Assembly (NCBI GenBank): GCA_002789675.1 | Contig: PFTR01000117.1 | Coordinates: 38,762 to 102,761, forward strand | Direction: 5' to 3' | Length of the DNA: 64,000 nucleotides | Source: Alphaproteobacteria bacterium CG_4_9_14_3_um_filter_47_13 | Lineage (GTDB): Bacteria > Pseudomonadota > Alphaproteobacteria > Micavibrionales > Micavibrionaceae | Part shown: piece after piece, positions 1-8,916 of the stretch | How positions within the stretch are numbered: the stretch's first letter is position 1 | Layout: each line of letters begins with the position of its first letter | The notes under the pieces: generated by a model | What the model saw: the letters and a program-made list of their open reading frames with translations, nothing else | Database searches by the model: none | What the model was told of the DNA's origin: nothing | Made by a program: the position numbers and the translations under genes

Positions 1-126
1 ATGTAGATAGCTTTCCGTTATTTTACGTGGCTTTTTTTCGGTCTTGATCTTTTGGGGCGTTACGCTATTTTGATTTATCAATATGAATACCTCTTCCGGA
101 TTCCGGAACCAAACTCCGGAGAATAT

Positions 127-945
127 ATGATGTCAGATATGCAGGTTATCCCGCAAGCCCCCCAGCCCCGAAAAATAAAAGGCCTTAATAAAAGAGGTCT
201 CATAACATTGATTGGAAAAGAAGTCGGGCGTTATTTAAGTGTTTATACCCAGACAATTGTTGCGCCTGTTATTACAACGCTGCTGTTTTATGCTGTTTTC
301 TTTTTGGCGCTGGGTGGCATGACCCAAACGATTGGTGATATTTCTTATATGGAGTTTCTGGCTCCGGGACTGATCATGATGGCGATGGCACAAAATTCAT
401 TTGCCAATACCTCCTCCTCGATTGTCATTTCAAAAGTACAGGGCAATATTGTGGACGTTCTTATGCCGCCATTAAGCGCAACCGAACTTTTCATAGGCTA
501 TGTTACAGGAGGGATTCTACGGGGACTGATGGTCGGATTCGCAACGGGACTTGCTGTCAGCCTGTTTATTTCTCTGTCCTTATTTTCTGTTTTTTATATT
601 GTGCTGTTTGCTATATTGGGAACAATGATGATGTCCAGCCTCGGTCTGGCAGGTGGAATCTGGTCACAAAAATTTGATCATATTGCGGCTGTTACCAATT
701 TTATTATTACGCCGATGACATTTTTATCGGGGACATTTTATTCAATCGGGCGTTTGCCGGAACTATGGCAGACAGTCGCGCACTATAATCCTTTTTTTCA
801 TATGATTGATGGGATTCGTTATGGATTCACAGGCCATGCAGACGGGAATACGCTGGCGGGTATATTTTTACTTGTTATCATCAATCTGATTTTGGCATGT
901 CTTTGTTTATGGATGCTCCGTACAGGTTATAAAATTAAAAGTTAA
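127..945 (+). CDS. ABC-2 type transporter permease (YadH-like)
   Basis: ORF 52..945. Polytopic membrane protein with several hydrophobic spans and an ABC-2 permease-like C-terminus (HYNPFFHMIDGIRYGF). Start moved to ATG 127 (MMSDMQ...), because the TTG at 52 only adds 25 non-membrane codons. The partner ATPase would lie upstream of the window. Confidence 0.7.
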   Translation: MMSDMQVIPQAPQPRKIKGLNKRGLITLIGKEVGRYLSVYTQTIVAPVITTLLFYAVFFLALGGMTQTIGDISYMEFLAPGLIMMAMAQNSFANTSSSIVISKVQGNIVDVLMPPLSATELFIGYVTGGILRGLMVGFATGLAVSLFISLSLFSVFYIVLFAILGTMMMSSLGLAGGIWSQKFDHIAAVTNFIITPMTFLSGTFYSIGRLPELWQTVAHYNPFFHMIDGIRYGFTGHADGNTLAGIFLLVIINLILACLCLWMLRTGYKIKS

Positions 946-957
946 AGGAAAATCAAA

Positions 958-1572
958 ATGGTTGTTTTTTTTATGCGTCATCTTTTTGTATTGTTAATTA
1001 TTGCCGGAGGACTTATCGGGATAGGGGGGTGTACAACAAGTACGCCACAAGCAAAGCCATTGCCAGATATAACCTTTGCACATATGCCGCCTTTTCCGGT
1101 GAATGTCGCGGTTGTAAATATAGAAAGCGGGTATGATCCGGCGCAGGATAGCAGAGATATTTCTTCCGGATTTCCAGCGCCGCCGGATGTTGCTTTGAAG
1201 AGCTATGCTGCGCACCGGCTTCAACCTGCGGGGCCATCAGGCCGTCTGACATTTATTATCGAGAATGTTTTTATTCATCAAACCCTTGTAAAACCGGAAG
1301 GCGATTTTGTGGGTTGGCTTGGAGTTGGCCGCGAGGATTTATACGAGGCCGAGATGAAAATAAGAATGCATATTGAGACAGAAGGCCAAAGCGGAGGGAC
1401 AGATTCCGTTTTAGCAATACGGCGTTCCCTTTCTATTCCGCAAAGCTATTCGGTTGCTGAAAAAGAACAGGAGAAGTTTATATTTATTGAAATGATGATG
1501 AAGGATGTTGACACGGCAGTTACCAGTGCTTTGAAAGATAAAATGGTCTCTTCTTCGGGGTATGGAAGGTAA
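958..1572 (+). CDS. hypothetical lipoprotein
   Basis: Signal peptide plus lipobox (LIGIGG|C) at the N-terminus. Lies 12 nt after the ABC permease. No family recognised. Confidence 0.5.
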   Translation: MVVFFMRHLFVLLIIAGGLIGIGGCTTSTPQAKPLPDITFAHMPPFPVNVAVVNIESGYDPAQDSRDISSGFPAPPDVALKSYAAHRLQPAGPSGRLTFIIENVFIHQTLVKPEGDFVGWLGVGREDLYEAEMKIRMHIETEGQSGGTDSVLAIRRSLSIPQSYSVAEKEQEKFIFIEMMMKDVDTAVTSALKDKMVSSSGYGR

Positions 1573-1578
1573 ATATTA

Positions 1579-3021
1579 TTATCTGCGCCAGAAATGGGGT
1601 GAGAAGAGCACAAGAACGGTAAAAATTTCCAGTCTTCCCACGAGCATACCGACGCATAATATCCATTTTGCACTATCTGGCAGGGCTTTAAAATTTCCGG
1701 CAGGGCCAATGATATCCCCTAATCCCGGCCCTACATTGGATATGGCTGTGGCCGCTCCTGACATGGCTGTTAGAAAATCAAGTCCGACAAAAGAAAGTGC
1801 AATAGAAATCAGGGCGAAAAAAAGGGCGTAGAGAAAGAAAAAGCTCATGACAGAAGCAGGGACACCTTCGGGGATGGGTCTTCCTCCGTAATAGGGTGTA
1901 AAAACACCGTGCGGGTGTAAAAGTTTCTTAATCTGGACATTGGTAACGGCATAAAGAACCTGAAACCTGAATATTTTAATACCGCATGTTGTTGATCCCG
2001 CACAGGCTCCGACAACCATGAGAAAGAAAAACAGACTCATGGCAAAACCACCCCAGGCTTGATAATCATCGCTGGTAAATCCTGTGCCTGTGATAACGGA
2101 CGTTGCATTAAAGGCTGATTTGAGAATAGCCTGCCCATGATCCATATGAACCTGTGAGACGAGTACAATGGATAAGGTAAGAACACTAATGCAAAGAATG
2201 GATAAAAACCATCTGACTTGTGAGTCTTGTAAAAGGGGGCGGATATTGCCTCTGATTGCTTTGAGATAGAGGATGAATGGCAATCCGCCCAAAATCATAA
2301 AAGCAATAGCAATAATTTCCATCCATGGGGTGTCATAGTGTGAAAAAGATGTATCATATGTTGAAAATCCGCCAGTGGAAATTGTTGCCATTGCATGGGC
2401 AAAAGCATCAAATAAATTCATTCCTGCCCAATGATAGCAAATGGCGCAGATGCAAGTAAGAATAAGATAAATACCACCTATTGTTTTTGCAAATTGCGCG
2501 GTGCGGGGCAGGGCTTTTTCATTCTCGGAAAGTTCGGTACGGAAAAGCTGCATCCCCCCGACTTTTAGAAATGGCATGACAGAGAGTGCCATAAGAATGA
2601 TCCCGATACCTCCGAGCCATTGTAGTATGGCGCGCCATAATAAGAGCCCGGGCGGTGCTGAATCCAGATCGACAATAACAGTCGATCCCGTGGTTGTAAT
2701 GCCTGAAATTGATTCAAAAACGGCATCCGTAAAGGACATATTGATGGTGGAGAACCAGAAAGGCAGGGCGGCAAAAGCGGATAAAATAATCCAGCTTAAG
2801 GTTATCATCAAAAACCCCTGTCTTGTATTAATGGTCAGTGTTTCTCCTTTATTGCTGAGGACAAGGATGCCACCAAAAAAAGCTGTCAACACAATGCATA
2901 GAAAAAACACCTTCCAGTCTGGATTGCCATAGTAAAGATCGGCGAGCATCGGCACAGCCATACCTAGCGCGAGCGTGGAAAGTAAGATTCCTACAACATA
3001 GAGAATAGGGCGAAAATCCAA
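1579..3021 (-). CDS. trkH: Trk-type potassium uptake protein TrkH
   Basis: 480-aa polytopic protein with four pore-loop glycine motifs (GITTTGST, ISTGGFST, VITGTGFT, AISNVGPGLG), typical of the TrkH/KtrB family. Confidence 0.9.
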   Translation of the reverse strand: MDFRPILYVVGILLSTLALGMAVPMLADLYYGNPDWKVFFLCIVLTAFFGGILVLSNKGETLTINTRQGFLMITLSWIILSAFAALPFWFSTINMSFTDAVFESISGITTTGSTVIVDLDSAPPGLLLWRAILQWLGGIGIILMALSVMPFLKVGGMQLFRTELSENEKALPRTAQFAKTIGGIYLILTCICAICYHWAGMNLFDAFAHAMATISTGGFSTYDTSFSHYDTPWMEIIAIAFMILGGLPFILYLKAIRGNIRPLLQDSQVRWFLSILCISVLTLSIVLVSQVHMDHGQAILKSAFNATSVITGTGFTSDDYQAWGGFAMSLFFFLMVVGACAGSTTCGIKIFRFQVLYAVTNVQIKKLLHPHGVFTPYYGGRPIPEGVPASVMSFFFLYALFFALISIALSFVGLDFLTAMSGAATAISNVGPGLGDIIGPAGNFKALPDSAKWILCVGMLVGRLEIFTVLVLFSPHFWRR

Positions 3022-3054
3022 AACTGCTTCCTATAAAATAGTAAACCAATGGGC

Positions 3055-3447
3055 TTAGTGTAACACCGAACTTTGGTAAGGGCTATCCAGAGAAAAAGCC
3101 GGAATATCAACGGTAAAGGCCTCCCCATTTGAATTTTGCATATGATAGGCTCCGACCATGATCCCTCCCGGCGTTGGCAATGGCGCACCGCTGGTATATT
3201 CAAAACGTTCTCCCGGCTTTAGCATAGGCTGTTCGCCGATAACACCGTCACCCTTTATTTCCTGTGTTATACCATTGGAGTCCGTTATTTTCCAGTAACG
3301 AGAACGTAAATAAATGGCATTGCTGCTGCTGTTTTCAATAGTGATATGGTACGCCCAGATATAATGACTATCGGCGGGTTCTGATTGATCCGCTAAATAA
3401 GTAGGTTCGACTGTCACTGTAATGCCGTTTGTTGTTTTCGAGTACAT
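3055..3447 (-). CDS. apaG: ApaG (DUF525) protein
   Basis: 130 aa. The ApaG pattern is present: ITVTVEP.Y...QS.P....Y.WAY.I.I.N.......L.SR.W.ITD..G...E..G.GV.G.QP.L.PGE.F.Y.S. Confidence 0.9.
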   Translation of the reverse strand: MYSKTTNGITVTVEPTYLADQSEPADSHYIWAYHITIENSSSNAIYLRSRYWKITDSNGITQEIKGDGVIGEQPMLKPGERFEYTSGAPLPTPGGIMVGAYHMQNSNGEAFTVDIPAFSLDSPYQSSVLH

Positions 3448-3479
3448 TTTTTACTCTATGTAACTTTACTTTTTATAAG

Positions 3480-3515
3480 AAAAAGGACGGAGCCATGTCA
3501 CTCCGCCCTTTTTAA
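3480..3515 (-). terminator. intrinsic terminator downstream of the OmpA-family gene
   Basis: On the minus-strand transcript an 8-bp stem forms (GGGCGGAG / CUCCGUCC, one G-U pair) with an 8-nt loop, followed by UUUUUCUU. Located 24 nt after the stop at 3539. Confidence 0.6.
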
Positions 3516-3538
3516 AAAATTAAGGGCTTTTCAGAAAC

Positions 3539-4441
3539 TTACTCGAAAGTAATCTGTGCCCGTCTGTTGGCAGGCTCACGAACACCATCGGCTGTCTGGA
3601 CTAAAAGCTCGTCCTCGCCTTTTCCTTCTACGCGAAGAAGGGAAGCATTAACGCCCCGTGTGATAAGAGCATCACGTGTTGCATTTGCCCGGCGCATGGC
3701 CAGCTTGTTGTTATAGGTTTTAGGGCCGGCACTGTCTGTGTGACCGATAATTGTCACAGAGTTCAGATTGCGGCTTTGGACTTCCTGCGCAACAGCATCC
3801 AGAACATTCTGTCCACCGGCACCGATTTCCGATTTATCAAAGTCAAAGAAGACCAGATACATCGCATCATCAGGAGTCATCGGGGCGGCAGCAACAGGAA
3901 GTTCCACTGGTGCGGGCATAGGCTCTGGCTCTGGTGCCTGAAGAGGTTGAACCGCGCCTTCCAGAGCAGCTATTGCATCCATAAACTGGTTTTTACAGGC
4001 CATAATATCATTTGTCTGCCAGTTTTCTTCCTGCTGCTCAATCCAGCAATCAAAGCGTGCCTGAGCAACAGCAGATTGCTGTGGCAATATCTCTCTTGCG
4101 CCAAGATCAAACGCTACAATAAGGCGTCCACGTGCCGTGCTGAGCTCTTCCATATGTTGGGGAAGAAGATTCCAGTCGCTGATTGGCTCGGGCATAACAA
4201 CTTCGCCAGCCGCTGCGGCCAGACCTTTGCGTGCAAAATGCAACGCATCGGGATAATCCAGCATTTCGTTCAGTTCACGATTGGCAAAAGCACGGTATTC
4301 ATCAGCAAGATGCTGGGTGAAGGGGCTGCCAACCGCCTGAATTTCGTTTAAAGCTTCTATTTCACTATGTGTTTTAAAATTTGTACAGGCGCCCAGTGCC
4401 AAAACACAGATAGCCAGGACAAGACCGCGCAATTTATTCAT
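3539..4441 (-). CDS. OmpA-family peptidoglycan-binding lipoprotein
   Basis: Lipobox LALGA|C. C-terminal OmpA_C signature (IIGHTDSAGPKTYNNKLAMRRANATRDAL ... RRAQITF). Confidence 0.85.
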   Translation of the reverse strand: MNKLRGLVLAICVLALGACTNFKTHSEIEALNEIQAVGSPFTQHLADEYRAFANRELNEMLDYPDALHFARKGLAAAAGEVVMPEPISDWNLLPQHMEELSTARGRLIVAFDLGAREILPQQSAVAQARFDCWIEQQEENWQTNDIMACKNQFMDAIAALEGAVQPLQAPEPEPMPAPVELPVAAAPMTPDDAMYLVFFDFDKSEIGAGGQNVLDAVAQEVQSRNLNSVTIIGHTDSAGPKTYNNKLAMRRANATRDALITRGVNASLLRVEGKGEDELLVQTADGVREPANRRAQITFE

Positions 4442-4760
4442 TAATCTAGCTCCCTCAACAAAACATATTTTATACGTTTGAATCTATCCGGACAGTCCGG
4501 TGTTCAAATGAATAGACGCTTTCTATACGAAACTCTGCACTTTTTGTATATAATTCCATGCATGTTACATATTTTCCGGTAACATACCGAAAGAAAGACC
4601 CTTCAAACGCAACTTTTTTATAAACATATCAATGGGAAAGTAAAGCATCTTTCACAGAAAATATGTTTATTTCATAAAATACGGATTATTTATCATAAAA
4701 TTACATATTTTAGTTTGATTTTTTAAAGAAGAACATTGATAAAGAGCCGTGCTTTCTAAA

Positions 4761-4835
4761 GCGGGTGTAGCTCAGTGGTAGAGCGTCAGCTTCCCAAGCT
4801 GAATGCCGTGGGTTCGATCCCCATCACCCGCTCCA
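4761..4835 (+). tRNA. tRNA-Gly (anticodon CCC)
   Basis: Cloverleaf read by hand: acceptor GCGGGTG/CACCCGC, D arm GCTC-AGTGGTA-GAGC, anticodon arm TCAGC-TTCCCAA-GCTGA, T arm GTGGG-TTCGATC-CCCAT, discriminator T, encoded CCA. Confidence 0.9.
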
Positions 4836-4916
4836 TTGAAAAATATGAAAGTTTGTCGTATAGATAAGACTATTCATAAAATAATAGTGGAAAGCTTTGT
4901 TGTGTTAGGCTGAATT

Positions 4917-5834
4917 ATGAAAAAAATGGGTGGAACATCGAAAATAGCAGCCGCATTTTTACTGGCGGCGCTGGCCTTACCGTTTTCTTCGGGGGTTTTG
5001 GCGCAAAATCAGGATCAGGCACAACAGCAAACAATAGAAGCTATTTCTAATACGACTTTGGCCTATATCAAAACAGGCAATGAAAATCTTGATCGGATGA
5101 GTGCGGCTGGACTTTCTGGTCTGGGGCGGCAATTATACAGGAGAACGGGCGTTCAGAATGTACAAATAACGCGTGATGACAATAATATGCCCGTTATTTC
5201 TACTTCACAGGTGATGGTTGTCGGTGTTGATCCGGCAAAAGATGATCTGTCCGTTTATCCTTTTATCTACTGGCCGATTGATCCCGATCAGAAAGCTTTG
5301 TCTTCGGAAGCGTTGAAGAATCTGAATGCTTATATGAATAAAGGTGGACAGGCTCTGATTGATACCCGTGACCAGTCTACAGGGGGCAGGGGGGAGGCAT
5401 GGCTGCAGCAGGCTGTAAAAGATGGTCTTGATATCCCTGCTTTGGAAAAAGTCGAAGGTTGCGTGCTGAAAGCCCAAAAAAAGGGGGCAGATAAACCCTG
5501 CCATAGTCTTGGGAAGTCTTTTTTTCTTCTGGATTCTTTTCCGGGGCGTTATGCTGGAGGAGTGCTTTGGGCGGAGAAAACGGAAACCTACCGGAGTGAC
5601 GGTGTGGCAAGTGTCCTGATTGGCGGCAGTGAATGGGCTGCGGCCTGGGCCACCGATACGGAAGGCAATTATATGTTTCCTGTGACAGGAGGGAATCCTG
5701 AGCAGCGCGAATATGCCTTTCGCGCTGGAATTAATATGGTGATGTATGCCTTGACCGGCAATTATAAAAACGAGGTTATTCATACGCCGACTCTTGATAA
5801 ACGTCTAAAACCAGCCTCTCTGGATAAATTTTGA
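4917..5834 (+). CDS. DUF4159 domain-containing secreted protein
   Basis: Signal peptide (…GVLA|QN). Blocks resemble DUF4159 (YPFIYWP...L..Y...GG.ALIDTRD; EYAFRAGINMVMYALTGNYK). Assigned from memory of the family pattern. Confidence 0.6.
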   Translation: MKKMGGTSKIAAAFLLAALALPFSSGVLAQNQDQAQQQTIEAISNTTLAYIKTGNENLDRMSAAGLSGLGRQLYRRTGVQNVQITRDDNNMPVISTSQVMVVGVDPAKDDLSVYPFIYWPIDPDQKALSSEALKNLNAYMNKGGQALIDTRDQSTGGRGEAWLQQAVKDGLDIPALEKVEGCVLKAQKKGADKPCHSLGKSFFLLDSFPGRYAGGVLWAEKTETYRSDGVASVLIGGSEWAAAWATDTEGNYMFPVTGGNPEQREYAFRAGINMVMYALTGNYKNEVIHTPTLDKRLKPASLDKF

Positions 5835-5931
5835 TAAATTTCTTGACAGAATGACATAAAATGATGATCTTCTGACCCTGTTCCGTTTACGGATTCCTAT
5901 AGAGTAATAATATAAACAGGAGACAATAATA

Positions 5932-6498
5932 ATGAATAAACACCTGTTCGGCGTTAAAGCCGCTATGCTGGTTGCGAACGGCTTTTCACAGAATGATATG
6001 ATTGCAGCGCAAAAGGCGCTTTTGAATGAAGGCGCGAATGTGCGTATCGTTAGCCCGGAAAATGGCCTTGTAAATGGTTGGGACGGGCAGACATGGGGGC
6101 ATCATTTTGCCGTTGATACACCTCTTTCGACAGCACTGGCTTCTGATTTTTCCATTCTTGTGATTCCCGGTGGCCAGCGTAGTATGGAGAAAATGAATCT
6201 GACGGCGCATACAAAGCGTTTTATCAATAGTTTTATGGATTCTGGCAAGCCTGTGATTGTGATGGATAGTGCGTTGCGGATTATGATTTTGACGGATCAT
6301 ATCAAAGGGCATAATATTGGCGGCCCTGCAGATATGGCTGATATTGTCATGCAGGCAGGAGCGAACTGGATTGGGCAGGAGGTCTGTATTGACGGGAACC
6401 TCATGACAGGCGAGATGGGAGAGCAGAACCTCCAGACTTTCGTAACAGCGATGGTTGATCATATTGGCAATTGTATGGATACCGAGCAGGCCGCTTGA
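5932..6498 (+). CDS. DJ-1/PfpI-like (class I glutamine amidotransferase-like) protein
   Basis: 188 aa with the DJ-1/PfpI layout (ILVIPGG ... KPVIVMDSALRIM). By-eye alignment puts Asp, not Cys, at the nucleophile-elbow position. Confidence 0.55.
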   Translation: MNKHLFGVKAAMLVANGFSQNDMIAAQKALLNEGANVRIVSPENGLVNGWDGQTWGHHFAVDTPLSTALASDFSILVIPGGQRSMEKMNLTAHTKRFINSFMDSGKPVIVMDSALRIMILTDHIKGHNIGGPADMADIVMQAGANWIGQEVCIDGNLMTGEMGEQNLQTFVTAMVDHIGNCMDTEQAA

Positions 6499-6519
6499 AA
6501 AAACGGAGTGTAAAAGAAA

Positions 6520-7633
6520 ATGCGTGCAGAAACAGAAGCAGTTGTCAGTGATATCCGTGAGTCTCTGACATTGCTGAGGAGGCATCTTTGACTGGGATAA
6601 TTCCCTGTTAAGACTGGAGGAGTTGAACGCGCTTTGCGAGAACCCCGATCTATGGTCGGATCAGGATAAAGCCCAGTCTATTATGCAGGAGCGCACACGG
6701 CTTGCTGCAAAGATTGATGTGCTGCGTGATATTGAAACAACGCTGAATGACAATATTGATCTGATCGGGCTTGGGGAAGAAGAGGGTGATGCTGCCATTG
6801 TTACCGAAGCAGAGCAGTCTTTGGAAGATCTACGAAAAAAATCTGATAAATTACAGCTTCAAAGTCTTCTTTCCGGAGAGGTTGATGCGAATGATGCCTT
6901 TTTAGAGGTTCATGCGGGATCGGGAGGAACAGAAGCGCAGGACTGGGCAGGGATGCTTTTGCGGATGTATTGGCGCTGGGCAGAGCAGCGGGGCTATAAA
7001 CCGACACTTCTGGAGCAGAGTGATGGCGAAGAAGCCGGGATCAAATCGGCAACCATTAAAATCGAAGGTGAGAATGCCTATGGCTGGCTGAAATCGGAAA
7101 ACGGTGTGCATCGGCTTGTGCGGATTTCACCCTTTGATTCCAATGCGCGGCGTCATACCAGTTTTGCCTCTGTGGCTCTTGCGCCTGTGGTTGATGAGAC
7201 GATAGACATTGAAATTGATGAAAAAGATTTGCGAACCGATACGTATCGTGCCAGTGGCGCAGGTGGCCAGCACATTAACAAAACGGATAGTGCCGTCCGA
7301 ATTACACATGCCCCGAGCGGTATTGTTGTCGCTTGCCAGAACGAGCGCTCCCAGCATCAGAACAGGGCACAGGCCATGGATATGTTGCGGGCAAAACTCT
7401 ATGAAATGGAAATTCAAAGACGTGAGGCTGAAAAAGCGGCGGCGCATGGCGAGAAAAGCGATATAGGGTGGGGACATCAAATTCGCTCTTATGTGTTACA
7501 TCCTTATCAAATGGTCAAGGATTTACGTACTGGTTATGAAACCGGAAATTCTGCCGGTGTTCTGGACGGGGATCTTGATGGATTTCTGGAAGCTTCTCTG
7601 GCGCATGGTGTGGATAAGGGGAAAGATGAATAA
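6520..7633 (+). CDS. prfB: peptide chain release factor 2 (programmed +1 frameshift at 6589)
   Basis: Frame 1 (ATG 6520) encodes MRAETEAVVSDIRESLTLLRRHL and ends at CTT TGA C (6586..6592). The +1 frame continues DWDNSLLRLEELNALCENPDLW... to 7633. RF2 motifs SPF and GGQ are present (RISPFDS, ASGAGGQHINKT). The track ORF start at 6623 is an artefact. Confidence 0.95.
6577..6592 (+). promoter_or_regulatory. RF2 autoregulatory +1 frameshift site (internal SD AGGAGG, 3-nt spacer, CTT TGA C)
   Basis: AGGAGG CAT CTT TGA C has the same architecture as the E. coli prfB site AGGGGG TAT CTT TGA C. Confidence 0.9.
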
Positions 7634-8774
7634 ATTCGGATTTTTTAAGCTGGTTCTATTTGTTCTACTTCTCGTATGTGCGGGTTTTTCTTCACGGGTC
7701 AGAGCCGATAGTGAGATCATAAAAGCTTTTATTCCGACCAGTGGGTGGCTTGTAGGGCCTGCTACATTGATCAGCAAAGCGGGGGTAACGATGCCCTGTG
7801 TTATGGCAAATCAATATAATAATGGTTATTTTCTCAGATTTTCCGGAGGAAATAATCGTATTATGGCTATTGCTGTTGATTTTAGAAATGATATTTTCGA
7901 GACCGGAAGGCAATATGATTTTGAAATTGGAATTTCTCCGCATTTTAAACAAAAAGTGATTGCGACCGCTTATGATAGCGGCACTATTTTGATGAATATG
8001 CAGAAACAGGCTGGATTTTATGAGGTGCTGGCAGAAGGTCAATATCTTGATCTTGCCATGGGCGGAGTCAAAGTCAGTTTCGCGCTTCCCGGGATCAGGG
8101 ATGGCCTGATTCGCATCGAGCAGTGCTATAACCCTTCGCACGGCGGGGAAAATACAAAAACCGGAGCCGTAGGCGCGCTCTTGAATAAGAACATAGAAGA
8201 TAAAGCTCCTCTTTTATATGTGAAGCAGATGAAAGCGGAAAATGAGATTCTGCCTACTTCTGAAACGGAAAAAATGCTGGAAGTGCGTATGTCTGCGGTT
8301 GAAGCCATGTTAAAAGATTCGGCGGCAGAGCTGGCAGAGCTTTCTTCCGCCAGTGGATCTGAGAAGGCGCTTTCTGAAAAGGCCGGTTCTTCGCCATCGG
8401 TTGGGAAACCTCCTGTCAATAACCTGTTGTCCTCCATAGTAAAACCGAAAGAGGGAATGCATCAGCGCGATATTATTGTTGCGGCAAATGCCGAAAAAAC
8501 GGGTCAGCCGCAAATCGTAAAAAAACGCTGGCGTGTTATCAAAGGGATGGATTTACATGAAACGCTCGATATCTGGGCGCAAGGCGTGAATGCGAGACTT
8601 TTGTGGAAAGCAAAAAATGAATATGCGGCGATAGAGTCGTTCAGTCTGCAGGGTACTTTTGAAGAGGCTGTACTCGTAGCCTTGGAGCAGCATGAAAATC
8701 TTTCCGGACAAATTTTTATTGATCCTGTTCTTAATCAGAAAGTTCTGGTAATAGAAGATGGTGGCGTTCGGTGA
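7626..8774 (+). CDS. secreted hypothetical protein P1 (N-terminal two-Cys domain, C-terminal TcpQ/PilL-like domain)
   Basis: Start taken at ATG 7626 (MNKFGFFKLVLFVLLLVCAGFSSRVRA|DS, signal peptide), overlapping the prfB stop by 8 nt. The track ORF start at 7491 lies inside prfB. The N-terminal domain is paralogous to that of the next gene. The C-terminus WRVIKGMDLHETLDIWAQGVNARLLWKAK...GTFEEAV resembles the TcpQ/PilL W-x-V-x-x-G-x-x-L...W pattern. Confidence 0.6.
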   Translation: MNKFGFFKLVLFVLLLVCAGFSSRVRADSEIIKAFIPTSGWLVGPATLISKAGVTMPCVMANQYNNGYFLRFSGGNNRIMAIAVDFRNDIFETGRQYDFEIGISPHFKQKVIATAYDSGTILMNMQKQAGFYEVLAEGQYLDLAMGGVKVSFALPGIRDGLIRIEQCYNPSHGGENTKTGAVGALLNKNIEDKAPLLYVKQMKAENEILPTSETEKMLEVRMSAVEAMLKDSAAELAELSSASGSEKALSEKAGSSPSVGKPPVNNLLSSIVKPKEGMHQRDIIVAANAEKTGQPQIVKKRWRVIKGMDLHETLDIWAQGVNARLLWKAKNEYAAIESFSLQGTFEEAVLVALEQHENLSGQIFIDPVLNQKVLVIEDGGVR

Positions 8775-8916
8775 TATCAATACAGGATCATTTGAATTAT
8801 TAACGTAAACACGCTTTGCATTTTGTTGCAAAGCTATGTATTCTTTATGAAGATCACGTTCTGTGATGACTGTAAAAATAGTTTAAGTATTAACCAGAAT
8901 ATTCCGGGGCAGAAAA

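Noticed and set aside
95-120. Three copies of the palindrome TCCGGA within 26 bp, just upstream of the ABC permease start.
   Set aside because: It could be an operator. However, it lies in what is probably the 3' end of, or the junction with, an upstream ATPase gene cut by the window edge, so it cannot be evaluated here.
7491-7625. N-terminal extensions given by the ORF track: 7491 for P1, 31662 for recO, 38097 for the hydrolase, 52 for the ABC permease and 6623 for prfB.
   Set aside because: The extensions run inside the preceding gene or produce non-homologous leaders. Internal ATGs give the expected family N-termini or signal peptides. prfB instead extends upstream through the frameshift.
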